From Octopus sinensis (taxonomy: Eukaryota), in the NCBI RefSeq assembly GCF_006345805.1, contig NC_043015.1, forward strand, positions 36,332,001-36,396,000: a DNA stretch of 64,000 nucleotides, given 5' to 3'. Every line of letters starts with the position of its first letter. Within the stretch, counting starts at the first letter, position 1. This document shows, piece by piece, positions 1-12,610 of this stretch. Under the pieces are notes generated by a model. It made no database searches, was not told where the DNA came from, and saw only the letters and a list, made by a program, of their open reading frames with translations. The position numbers were made by a program, and so were the translations under genes.

Positions 1-140
<140 letters not shown>

Positions 141-556
141 ATCATGCTCCATAGTGAATTTATTCAAGAAAAATGAATACAGAGCCTCATATTTTATCGG
201 TATATCAACTTATAATTCACAGAGAAGGCATAAAGCCAACGTAGAAGCGTTAGAGAATTTTTCAGGGAATCAGGTTTGGCATCCAAAGAAAAACGGTATA
301 ATCATTTTCTAAGAATTGAAATGGAATCCGACGTTCCAACTCAGAGAAATATACAAGGCGATAAATCGGATGTACAGACGCTTTTGGTAGATATAATAGA
401 GTGCGCGGGTCGTTGATGTTGTTGATTTGTGAGTAAATGTTTCGTTGGGGAATAAATTAGGAAGGAGCAATGATGAGGGGGGCAAAATGGGCAATGGGGC
501 GAAAGAGAGCACATGAGAGTACAACGTGATGATGACTGGGATGAGAGGGAAATAGA

Positions 557-720
557 AGACGAAGAAGAAGAAGAAGAAGAAGAAGAAGAAGAAGAAGAAG
601 AAGAAGAAGATGATGATGATGATGATGATGATGATGGTAATGGTGATGATGGTGATGGTGATGGTGATAATGATGATGATGAGGAGGAGGAGGAGGAAGG
701 GGAGGACGGTAACGAGGAGT
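557..720. repeat. Compound trinucleotide repeat (GAA)n/(GAT)n/(GAG)n
   Basis: Directly visible; accounts for the acidic ORF 513..722 and the His/Leu ORF on the other strand. Confidence 0.9.
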
Positions 721-1644
721 AAGATTATAACCGAAGAAATATGACCAAATTAAACCATAGAATAACAACATATAGACATTATGAGAATTACGCTGTATAT
801 TAGCACAGCTGACGTGTTCTGGCTTTGGCGATTACTTCTTCTCAATATATTTGTGTAGGTGAAATGATTAAAGCTAGGGAAATTCGACGGGGCCAGAATA
901 TAAATGAGGCATTCAATGTCCATGTTGTTGAAATGAGATATATAGAGGCCATTTATTGGAAAGTTAATTAAAGGTGGATCGGTGAACCTGAGAGGAGATG
1001 GATGTTTGAGAGACACTCATTCACGATCCATGATTAGAATATCCATCATTACACATGGCGGATGCATTTCGTCGACATGTTGCTGTTTTCGGTTTTCTGT
1101 TTTATAATTTGCCTCTATTTACAATCCATATGTTGTGTGTGTGTGCGTGTGTGTGTGTGAATGCATTAACACTTCTCACACTTACAAACACACGCGCTCA
1201 CACATTCACACACGCACAAACACACACACACATACACCACACACACACACACACCCACACATACACACACACACACACACACACGCACACACAAACGCAC
1301 ACACAAACAGAGTCATGCAAACACACACAAGCACAAACTGACAGACCGAATATAAAACTCAATTACTTTCGCCCATCCAATAACGCCGTCATGATTGTTT
1401 CACTACTCTTTTTAAAGAGAAAGAAAAACATATAAATAGAGGGCGACTGAGGTGCCTAAAAGACGAAATAATGGGCTGCGCTGAGCCTGTTGACGAATAG
1501 AATGCAATCAGCAGTTGCACAGCTTTTCCTCATTTGCATAACACAACATAATTTGTCGATTTTTATCAATTAAATATATTAAGGGTGCTGTCAATTTATA
1601 CAATTTGTCTTCGTGCATTACCAATATCGCTACTGTTGACTCTC

Positions 1645-1672
1645 ATATATACATACATATATATATATATAT

Positions 1673-1745
<73 letters not shown>

Positions 1746-1827
1746 CACACATATATATATATATATATATACATACATATATATATATATATACATATTA
1801 TATATATATATATACATACATATTATA

Positions 1828-1859
<32 letters not shown>

Positions 1860-2187
1860 CATATATAATATATATACATATATATATACATATATATATA
1901 TATATATGTGTGTATACATACATATATATATATTATATATATATATAATAATATATATATACACACACACATATGTATACATATATGTATGTGTGTATAT
2001 ATAAGTATATGTATACATAAAAACAGCCAACAACTTGTAAAGGGTCGTTCTTTATGTTGTTTTTTTGTTTTCCATTTGTGTCTTTCGTTGTTCGAAACAA
2101 TAACAATAATTCATGTTCCATGTATTCGTGCTTCGTACTTTTTTGTTGAACACGTTTCATGATGTCCTGTGTCCACATATGCATATA

Positions 2188-2242
<55 letters not shown>

Positions 2243-2330
2243 TATATATATATAGATGTATATATATATGCGTATAGATGTATATACATATACCTATTTA
2301 TATATGCATATATATATATAGATTATTTCT
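1645..2330. repeat. (TA)n-rich microsatellite field
   Basis: Directly visible, interrupted by one unique segment of about 150 bp. Confidence 0.9.
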
Positions 2331-2411
2331 ATTATTATATGACTGAACGCCACGCTTCCTCTTCCAATTAAGTTTTATCTTATATATATATGTATGGAGT
2401 GTGTGTGTGTG

Positions 2412-2449
<38 letters not shown>

Positions 2450-2451
<2 letters not shown>

Positions 2452-2880
2452 TACCCTCTTAAATTTGGCGAGCTGACAGAATCGTTATTGTCAGTTAAAC
2501 CCCCGGAATACTGTTTATATTCTGAATTGAGATGTAGTGACGGTTGACTTTGGTTTTCATCCTTTAGCTGTGGGAAGAAGAAACACTAGAACTGGTGCCA
2601 ATATAATCGACTTTTCTACCCTTAAGACTGCTGTTTTTGTGCTGATGTTCGGATTCACTATTGCACATCAACGTAACGCGTTCTCTGATTGGTTAACGCA
2701 CCAGTAGAATACTTTTGTTGTGATAGTCCCAGTTCTCTACGATCTCAGTTCAAATCCTGCCAACGTCACCTTTGTTTCCCTTATTTCGGTGTCGATAAAG
2801 CAAAATATGGAACAAGTATCAGGTTCAGGGGAAATCGATTAATGCCCCTCCCTTCAAAATGCTTGTGTCGTGTGTCAGTC
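2450..2880 (+). mobile_element. Two degenerate tRNA-derived SINE copies in tandem (family with GAGTTCAAAT B-box and TTTCATCC...GTCGATAAA body)
   Basis: GGCGAGCTGACAGAATCGTTA head; CAGTTCAAATCCTGCC B-box-like motif; tttcatccttt and tttcggtgtcgataaa body motifs recur at about 33530, 44000, 49050 and 63260. Confidence 0.5.
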
Positions 2881-3689
2881 ATAAGGAACATTACAGACGT
2901 TCTGCCATCACTGCAGTTTCTCCAATGAAAGAGATTTCTTTCATCCCCCCCACTTGCTCCTTTGGAAGGACATAGAAAACCCGTGTAATGCAATTTTCCT
3001 GCTTTCATAATCTTCAGTAGAAAACGAAGTTTAATACAAGATATAATCACCTTATGAAGAACTTAATTCATCAATGTAGCTCTTTCTTGAAAATATTTCA
3101 TCCAAGTCGTTTTTTGTATTATTTTAAAGAATTCATAAAAATGCTGTCGACTGACTTCATGAAAGTTGTTGTCGCATATTTCTGTGCATATCTACAGAAG
3201 AATTCTCTTGCTGCCATTTTTATTGTTTTAACTAAATTATTCATTGCAGTTAAACTTTTTTTAAATCGAATGGAATTTTGCATAAGTTTTCAATGAATTA
3301 AAACTTTATTTAACTTTGTCTCCATTCGTTCGACTTTGTTGTTTCGTTATTCTGTCAGAAACAAATAAATAAATAAATCTACCTGCAATTTTTTTTTATC
3401 TATGACAGTAATGGCTGAATAACTGCTAGCAGAGATACATTTTAAAATTACATTTTTTTTATTATTATTGGGTGTAAATGCGACAACAGAATGAAAGAAT
3501 AAGTGAATATGGAAATACTTCTATAAATACAAGAATATATAAACTAAAAGTCTCTACTCGTTCCTTGAGAGTTTCTGCGAAATACAGCACATAAATAATA
3601 ATCCAATTTTTGAAAATAAGACAAGATGTAATCCATTTACAGGAGCACAAGAAAATCATGTCTCGCGTGTAAAATGACATCAACAACAG

Positions 3690-3748
3690 CTACAACAACA
3701 ACGACGACAACAGTAATAATAATAATAATAATAGTAGTAGAAGCAAAT

Positions 3749-3798
<50 letters not shown>

Positions 3799-3820
3799 AT
3801 AGTAGTAGTAGTAGTAGTAG
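3690..3820. repeat. Compound (AAC)n/(TAA)n/(TAG)n microsatellite
   Basis: Directly visible. Confidence 0.9.
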
Positions 3821-4299
3821 CAATTATTTTGATAGACAAGCGTTGAGGATGTTGGGATTCATCACAAAGGCGAAGTATAAAACGAAGCATTAACTCTAAT
3901 AGAGATGGACATGTTTACCTGGAGAGAAGTAATGGCTGCCACGGCAGATAGCGAGAGCAATCTGGAACAAGAAAATCTAATAATGAAAGTCATCCTAACT
4001 TGGTGGAGATTTCCTCCTCTAAATGTAATCTGTAGAATTTCAAAGACAGTCGAGGATTTCTGTGACAAGCGAGGCAATGGCTTTTCCCAAACTCAATAGC
4101 TAATGTACAGTTATGTGTTTTTGGAATAAGTGCATTTATCCACTTTCCGTCGATCGATGTGAAATCTACTGGAAGGTTGCACTTCTGTCTCTAAATTTAA
4201 CGATTCTTAATTTGATACATAAAAAAAAAACATATTTGACATTTGGACTATATGCATATTCAGTCCTTAAAAGTTTGACGGAAGGGGAACAGCATTAAT

Positions 4300-4480
4300 G
4301 GGCGAGAAAAGTTTATTGAATCGATCCCAGTAATCACTTAGTTCTTATTTATCGACATAAGTAGTATAAAACGGACTGAGAGGAACTAGATGGAGTTTGA
4401 ACTCAGAACGTAAAGTGCGGAAGGAATGAGGTTAAATACTTCACAGGTGTAGCATGATACCCCACGCTCTCCATCGTAAC
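4300..4480 (-). mobile_element. Degenerate SINE (same family as 2450-2880)
   Basis: ttttatcgac...gagtttgaactcagaacgtaaag is the reverse complement of the family B-box and body. Confidence 0.5.
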
Positions 4481-4866
4481 GCTGTTAATAATAATACAAA
4501 TTAAATAATAAAATAATTTCTCCTTCTGTTTCTTCTCACACCCCAAATTCATAAAAAAACACCTTTCTACTATAAGTACAAAGCGGAAAACTCTACGGGA
4601 AGGGATCTGCTTAATTATATGAATGCCAGTGCTCCACTGATATAATATACTTAATAAATTATAGTAAGTATAGCATGTGCAAAATGAAGGTATGATAGAG
4701 AAGATATTTCACAATAGTTCAACAGATATTTCGTCGTTCATATCAACCTCAAAACATGTTTCAGACCTCGTTAAATGTTCATGATTTACGAAAGAGAAAA
4801 CTCCTGTAATACATATATATGTTCACTCACAAACACACACATAATACAATTACACATACACATAAT

Positions 4867-5291
4867 GGATCTTTTCGGTTTCAACGGCAGATTTTCTAGC
4901 GGTGTCATATGAAATTGTCACCCATAATTATGACCCTAGTATCGATCTATTGCATTTCAATCTGTTTTAGGGTTAGGGTTAGTTAGGTTAGGGTTGAAGG
5001 AAGAGTATCTTTTTTTTCTTCAGAAATGTAAATAAACCCAATCTGTTTCTTAAACAAGGGACATATTTATACGGCACATAATGTTTTCACCTCAAATACA
5101 CGACATTGATTGGTTGAAATTGCAGAAATTGAAGAAAGACAACAACAAATATCTTACAAACTATGGAATTCCCTCAATAAAGCCAAGAGAAAAAGATGTT
5201 TTATAAACACATTCTACCAGTATACGAAGTTTAAAATTTTTTAGTTACCTAGAAATTATGTTAAAAACTGCCGTTCAAAAGGAAAAGATCC
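4867..5291. mobile_element. Non-autonomous MITE with ~27-bp imperfect TIRs and an 8-bp TSD (Merlin-like by TIR/TSD signature)
   Basis: Left end GGATCTTTTCGGTTTCAACGGCAGATTTT; right end reverse complement GGATCTTTTCCTTTTGAACGGCAGTTTTT; exact flanking duplication CACATAAT at 4859-4866 and 5292-5299. Confidence 0.8.
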
Positions 5292-5421
5292 CACATAATA
5301 ACTCACACACACACGTATATGTATGCATGCATGTATGTATGTATGTATGTATGCATGTATGTATGTATGTATGTATGTATGTATGTATGTATGTATGTAT
5401 GTATGTATGTGTGTGTGTATG

Positions 5422-5472
<51 letters not shown>

Positions 5473-5473
5473 C

Positions 5474-5772
5474 ATGGACTCTTCCGTCGGTATACGACGT
5501 ACAATAGTTTGGCAAGTTATTGCCGAGCAACCACACAGATAATTTGTGTATATTGATCAAATATTTTTGTTGCAGACAAAGTCACTTCCTCCATCAAATC
5601 GACATCACCTGTACAGGTGCAACGGGTGTCACATGTGAGATGTCGAAATGATCGCAGAGCAACGGGAAATGAAGTGCTTTGCTCAAGAACACAACACAAC
5701 GCGCGGTCTGAGAATCGAACCCACGATCTCACAATCGTGAGTTCAACACCCTAACCACGAAGCCATCGGCTT
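5474..5772 (-). mobile_element. tRNA-derived SINE (family with TTGTGTTCTTGAGCAA core)
   Basis: Reverse complement reads TGGCTTCGTGGTTAGGGTGTTGAACTC...GGTTCGATTCTC (A/B-box-like), then ttgtgttcttgagcaaagcac, shared with the 61079 copy. Confidence 0.75.
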
Positions 5773-5839
5773 TAACACACACATACACACACACACGCAC
5801 ACACAAATACTCACACACATTTAACAGTTGAGGGATTCA

Positions 5840-6260
5840 GAATCTTGCTGTGCAACCACGTGACTTCTGGGTAATTCCCCACTACGTGGCGACTTGTATC
5901 AGTGTCTTCTACTACACCCTCAGACCTAGAAATGGTGTTGAGCGACTGGGGTAGACAAGTTTATGGAAGGCCGTTGTAATTATACGTAAATGGGAGCATA
6001 TGTGTCTATATATGTGTGGGTGTATGTGTGTGGGTAGTAAGATGTGGCTATCGTCTGTGATGGTGTGGCAATCATCATGTGAGCATATCTTTATGTTTTT
6101 GTTTCTCCCCTACCACTTCATATTTGTTTTCGTCCTCGTAACTTAGTGGTGACTGATAAAAGTAAAAATTGAAAACCGTTCAATTTTTTGGACTCTGCTC
6201 TGTAAGACATTCTTCCAAAATTCCCCCAGTGAAATAAGCAAAAGCCAAGAGATAATTTCT
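5840..6260 (+). mobile_element. Degenerate SINE (family of 25179-25572)
   Basis: caaccacgtgacttctgggtaattccccactacgtggc...gtgtcttctactac and gtcctcgtaacttagtggt match the better-preserved copies. Confidence 0.55.
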
Positions 6261-6599
6261 ATGGCATATTCTCTCAACGGACTAAGTAACTTGCACTATT
6301 CTAGGTAATTAAAACAAACCCAGCTATGCAGAAACAACGACGAGCACATCCATTAACAGTAGAACGAAAGCATATTTAATACCACTGGAAAAATAACCCC
6401 GTCAGCTGCCAATTGCTTTTCAATGCGATTTCGACACCTTTAGACAGTTTTAATATCCTTATGCATCATTCCGTTTTAAATTCACTGAACAGATCCAGTA
6501 AGGAGGTGGAGGAAAAGGCGGAGGAGGAGGAGGAAGCGGGGAAGTTTTTTTTAAATAACTATGGGTCGATTGTCTGGTCGTGGACCTGGTGTATAAAAC

Positions 6600-7040
6600 T
6601 GGGCGCTTTTGCATGAATGATATCTGTGGTATTTTATGAGAAAACGTATCTGCCTCTTGCTAGCGTAATCAGAAGACTTGAGAATGCTGTGATTTGTGCT
6701 TCTTGATTTTTCTGACTCCGTAGAATCGTGTTGCTTGCGACTTTTTCTGCCTTGTGAACGTTTACGACAATGCAGCTAACGCACTTATATTTACATTAGA
6801 GACGATCAATATCTGCCTGTAAATCGATCTGTTATTTTGCGATACATAAAATCTTCTGGAACACCGAAGACATCCACCCAACTTCTGTATCGAAAGCACA
6901 GAAAACACTGCTGGTGCGCGAAAGTGAACATGTACAGTTCGTTTCGTCTGCTAAATGCATCACTGTTGCAGATTCTGTCCTTCCATTTGATGTCGGCAAA
7001 TTCTGCGCAGACACTAATAGATATCAAACGTGTGGACATT
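6600..7040 (-). pseudogene. Possible degenerate RTE-type LINE 3' fragment
   Basis: Frameshifted translations contain IKWKDRICNSDAFSR and GWMSSVFQKILC, resembling the RTE ORF2 tail (I.W.DRI.N.EVL.R ... RM...R.PK.ILY); similarity judged by eye only. Confidence 0.35.
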
Positions 7041-7836
7041 GTATATTCTTACATTGTACATAAGTAATCATAAAATATTGAAATATAGGTATATTGAAGT
7101 GACTCTTAGCCCAAGCACTGTGATATTGTAGGGTTACATCTTAGAGAAGTTGCATGCGATAATTTAAACTTTTGAAGAACCAACATAACATATACAGGTC
7201 ACATCTATATGATTAAATAAAAACTGAAGCATTTTCATAATCTACACGATCAAAGAGAATATATGATCAAACAAAACCCCTAAGAAAAATTTGCTTTCAT
7301 ATCTGGATAATAGTACTTATGGTATGGGATCGTAGAGGGTTAAATTAATATATCAAATATATGAAGAGAATCAAACGGATCCGATTAAATGGGAAAGAAA
7401 ATTGCCATTTTGTATTGTTATTATTATTTAGTCTGAGATGTTGGTGGTGGTGGTTGTGGTGGAGGTGGTGGCGCTGGAGCTGGCGAAAAGTGATATGAAT
7501 ACTTTCGTGTGTTTCTTGACTGGTGACTTCCTTGATGTCGACATCCAGCTTGGAATATTTGGAAATCGATATTTCGAGGAGCACAAAGGACAAAGGATTA
7601 TCCAGAGACGACAAGAAGACTGCGAAATAGAGATTGAAGACATTTTTGTTCAAAATCACCGGTTAATCGGTTTTCTCAATGATTATTACAGCTCTCATTG
7701 ATATACAACAGTAAATGTTGCATAGATATACACACATATGTGTGTATATAACCCTCAGCATGTGCCAGATGCTGTGTATGTAAACATGTATACAGAAACA
7801 CACATATGAACTTCTGCATTTAACTAAGTATATATA

Positions 7837-7876
<40 letters not shown>

Positions 7877-7973
7877 TTGCATATATGGGAACCTTTATAT
7901 GCTGGTACATGAGTATATTTATATGTACATACTCACTCACACGCATGTATATTATATACATACATGCACACAC

Positions 7974-8022
<49 letters not shown>

Positions 8023-8554
8023 TATATACATATATATATATAATATATACGTGTGTATATGTATGTGTGTATGTATGAAAGACTGAATCAGGCTAAATGT
8101 CGGAGTTTTCCCTTTAAATCAGCCATTTTTTCACTCAATTATGTTTATACACGAGTTGTGTAATACAGCACAGGTAGTTATTCATGAGTAATGAGGTTCG
8201 AATCCTGAAATATTTGCAACCTTTTTTTTAAACATATGCTATAAAGAAATCGCAATCGTCATTTTAATCATTCACACACACAAATACACACACACACAAA
8301 CACACACAATTACACACGCACATACACACACACACACACATGCACACAATCACACACGAACACATATATAGCAATACATGTTATTTCAAGAAGTGCATAA
8401 ATGCAATTTACCTTTAAAGTGAAGATTTACGCAGAAAGGTTTTAGGACAGGAGGAGATTCTTAATACTTTCACCTGAAAAAGTCTGACAGTGACCTCGTA
8501 GTTTAGTATACGCATACATATACAGACGCATGGTATACAGATATACAGACATAT

Positions 8555-8602
<48 letters not shown>

Positions 8603-8603
8603 G

Positions 8604-8638
<35 letters not shown>

Positions 8639-8714
8639 ATATGTACATATATTTACATATATACATATATATTTACATATATATATATGTATGTATATAT
8701 GTACATATATTTAC

Positions 8715-8802
<88 letters not shown>

Positions 8803-8821
8803 ATATACATATATATATATA

Positions 8822-9010
8822 TAACAACAAACAAACAATAACGTGACGTCGTGGAAATGCAAAATAATATTAAAAGACGCTCTGGCAAGGAAAGAACCGG
8901 TGTTTTACGTTTCGAGCAAAGTTCTTTTTCAGAAAAATGAGATGGAAGGAAGTCCATTGCTAACAATCCCCATGTACAGCGCCAAATTGGGGCTAATAAG
9001 AGAAAGAGGT
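8822..9010 (-). mobile_element. Penelope-like element terminus with a degenerate hammerhead-like motif
   Basis: Reverse complement of 8902-8937 is TTTTT CTGAAAAA GAAC TTT GCTC GAAAC GTA AAAC; flanks (gagcgtc...taata, gctaacaatc...catg) resemble the termini at 23200 and 57625. Confidence 0.55.
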
Positions 9011-9019
9011 GCATCTAAA

Positions 9020-9560
9020 CTGGCAATCTGAGGAAATTCGTCTTTTTTTACAAGCTTGGAGTTTGGCCAACGGATCACCAGCAAATGGCATATTGACAGA
9101 AACCCTGGATCGATATAATTTCTGCAGGTCTATGACCCAAATTGAGTGGAAGAAACAAGAGTTCATATGCTGCTATGACCTTATAAGGCCACATCTTGAC
9201 TTCCTGTAGGATATTATGTGGGAAACAGGCTGCAAAGAGGACAATGAAGACCCTTTGTGCTGTGTTCAAACCCAAAAGGCCAAACGGATGGCATAAAGAA
9301 AGCAAATGCCACACGTACTACAAACGGTGCTGAAAACTGCAATGGCTGTAGTTAATAGGAAAAGATAAAATTTGAAAATATACTGGGAAGAGCTGGGTGG
9401 TTACAAAAATGTCTAAGACCTGTCATGTGGCTATCCTCAACCAGTCAAGTCCTACTCAAACAGATGCTAATTTGAGCAATGAACTCCCTATAAAAATAGG
9501 GCGATCTTCAACGACTCGTTAGAAGCAAGACAACTGCGACATATTTCAACTTTTTAAAAG
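9020..9560 (+). pseudogene. hAT (Buster/Charlie-type) transposase relic
   Basis: Collinear motifs across stops and frameshifts: EEIRLFLQAWSL...TLDRY...IEWKK..ICCYD, then MPHVLQTVLKTAMAVVN, WEELGG, VMWLS and CDIFQL. These parallel the Buster catalytic region (EEFLFC...IEW.KC.GIC.DG, MP..L..VL...V..VN, CEEMG, VRWLS, LADIF). Confidence 0.6.
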
Positions 9561-12096
9561 TCAGTGTAAACTCTGAGTCTTTATGGAGACACGTGCCACA
9601 CATACATACGAACATGGTATATAGTTGCCAATCACACACACACACACATAGACATGCACACACAAGGAGACAGGGGTGCATACATATACAAACACACGCA
9701 CACACACACATACATAAAAAATACGCAAACACAGACATGTAAGCATATGAATATGCAAAATACATACATACAGATACACACACATACATATGTACATATG
9801 CATACACACATATATACATGCACACACATACATACATACATGCATGCATAATATCCTACATAATATCCTACAGGAAGTCAAGATGTGGCCTTATAAGGTC
9901 ATATCAGCATATGAACACACACACACTGACGCACACACATACACTCAAACCAACAAAAGGGAACGCAGAGTAAATAACGGATAGAGTCAAGACTACTGAA
10001 AAGTTTGCAAGAAAATTTTACGAAAATAAAAATAAAGTATAAGTTGAAATTTTACCGGTGAGTGTGTTAAATAATAAGGCACAAAAAGAAAATGACTCTC
10101 CCCAAACGCAATAGTATATATATATATATAGAACGGGAGAGAGAGAGAGAGAGAGAGAGAGATAATATATTTATATATGTGTTTGCGTAGAAGAAAGAGC
10201 AAGTGAGAGAGAAATTATGTGTGACTTTTGTATTTGTGTTGTATTTGTCCCGAGTTCTTTGGTTTATGTCTCTGTAAGTTAGAGATTCAGTAATACAGAT
10301 CGATAAATTAAACATCGGGCAGAAGAAAAATAATAAAGACTGACATCAATCTTATGGACCCTGCCCTTATAATAGTGTCCAAATATGGCAACACTCCTAG
10401 GACCGAAACAGATGAAAAATAAAATACAAAAGATATTCTTGTGCTCCTACTCTGTCAACGGCAATGATGTTTATGGTTCCCTGAGGAGGGATAACCATGC
10501 TAAAACATGTCTGGAGTTGTAATCCGTGTTCATAGAAAGTTCTTAAAATACATTGAGATAATGTAGTTTTCTCACTGCATAAATAGTGTAACTTAGCGTT
10601 TTTGATGCTGCTCATTGTATAATATATGTTAAATCTCATATTCTGGAGACTTATGGCTTCGTTGAATAATTTTTCTCTGATTTATTTTGTAATGATATAC
10701 TGAGTGTAATGTTCTGTATTTCTGTTATCTCGCCGCTTAAATAGTTTTGATTAAGTTATAATAACAGTCAGATCAAAGCGAGTTTCTGTTGCAATAGGTA
10801 AAGATGCTAACACGATCGTATAATTTGGAAATATATGCAAACTATGATTAATGAGCATACATTTTCAAAGAAGTCAACGGGCAGTGAATGTATGAATGAC
10901 TAAATGGTGGCAAATTCTGTCGGAATGAATAATTAATTAGAAACATCGAGACCAAGGACTCACACACTTTCGCGCGCGCACACACACCACACTCACATAA
11001 ACACACCTACACACATTTACACTCACAAGTACAGACACACGCAAGAGCACATACGCAAACTATCCGGAAAAAAATCGAACGCAAATTTGAAATATGTAAA
11101 TTGGAATTCGGCTGTAATTGTCTTTGTGTAAATCAGATGCATTACATTCGCCTCAAAGAGAGAACATGACGTCCCACCTACTTTTGGAGTCTCATAGGAA
11201 GTTAGAAATTATAACAAAAAAAAAACAGTACTAAATTTCAACAAGATTTGAACCTTCGACTCGATGCTTTATATTGCAGTTGAAAATAATGAATGAGTGT
11301 CAAGCACACAGTGCGTCCATGATTTCATAAGATCATAAGGATGTCCATGATTTCATAAGATCATAAGGAAGGGTTTGTTAATGAAAAAAATAAGATAAAA
11401 TGCAACAGTTAACAAACAACAAAGGAAAAGAAATGCTAGCATTGGCAAATTCTCTGAACAACTATTGAGGATAATTAAATAAAAGTAAAATGTTAAAAAT
11501 GTTAAACCAAAAAATGTGCAGCTGCAACGTTTATAATTTGTCAGGTTTTTGCAATTTTACTTGCCACAAATTTTGTGCGATTGTCAAAAACATTGGAAAA
11601 GAAAATTCCCAATAAGAATACAGATATGAGTGACAAAAGACATTAAAAGAAACTAATGATTCTTCATTGTAGTTCGTTTTGAGTTAAATATTATTCGATG
11701 CCTTTTAATCGCATTCATACGTTGTTTTGTTTTCCTGTGGAGAGGGATGCGAAAGCCGCAACGACATTTCAAATATGTTTAGCAGTTTCCGCTTACTTGC
11801 CAGACATAATCTCAATCCCTCACCTTGGTCTCTCTCGTTCTTATTGGTGATGAGATTTATGCTAAATGATGGTTTAGTCGTGACCATCCCCATCTTTACG
11901 AACGGTTTATCAAAACAGTACAAAAAATGGGCAGCCGTCACTCTCAAGCGAACATATTTTGAAAATATATTCCATGATTTCGTCAATCGATTTAGGTGTA
12001 GATGTACACACACATGCATACATACATGCATACATACACACATGCATAATACATACACACATGTATAATACATACATACATACATACATACATACA

Positions 12097-12127
<31 letters not shown>

Positions 12128-12199
12128 GTACATATTGGCATCATTGCAGTACGTGATAATTTTAATAGGACATTCAAACATTCCCTGTATCCAACAGTT

Positions 12200-12610
12200 T
12201 CGTTGAATTCAGTGAATTTAAGTCACTGCTATTACCTAAACATCCAGTAATTGTGGACAACCCTTCACGATGGAATGTGAAGTGGCGTTGTTAGAATATC
12301 ATTTAGTCACTCCTTTATCTTTTCTTCACTGTATTTAATACATATTTACGAAGGACTAACGGCACAAAATCAGCTGCAAATCGTAGCAATTACACCTTAA
12401 CATTCAAGAGATTGCGCAACATAGAATAAGTGGGTATGAGACTCGAGGCATTTGGAAAATTTCTGCAAATAATTTTGTAACGAGTTTTTTTCTGAAATTG
12501 ATTCACCGCTTCTCACCGGCGAAGGAAATTTTACCGCCACTCAAAAACTCGGTGGTGTGTACAAGCAATGCAACATTTGTAAGATAATGAAACCAAACGC
12601 AGAAATTACC
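12200..12610 (-). pseudogene. Possible highly decayed mariner transposase relic
   Basis: Minus-strand fragments HRVFEWR, LRFAADFVPLVL and NNATSHS occur in the order of mariner VFEW, AAKFVPRLL and DNAPSH motifs; many stops. Confidence 0.3.

Noticed and set aside
457-771. Acidic (poly-E/D) and poly-His/Leu ORFs
   Set aside because: Pure trinucleotide microsatellite open on both strands; no non-repetitive coding context.
857-965. Possible exon GEMIKAREIRRGQNINEAFNVHVVEMRYIEAIYWK with a YIEAIYW motif reminiscent of a channel pore helix
   Set aside because: Weak splice signals, no following selectivity-filter exon found, and the similarity is too short.
7345-7701. Overlapping 70-104 aa ORFs on both strands with protein-like stretches
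   Set aside because: No recognisable domain; partly (CAC)n/(AAT)n repeat; cannot choose a strand or frame.
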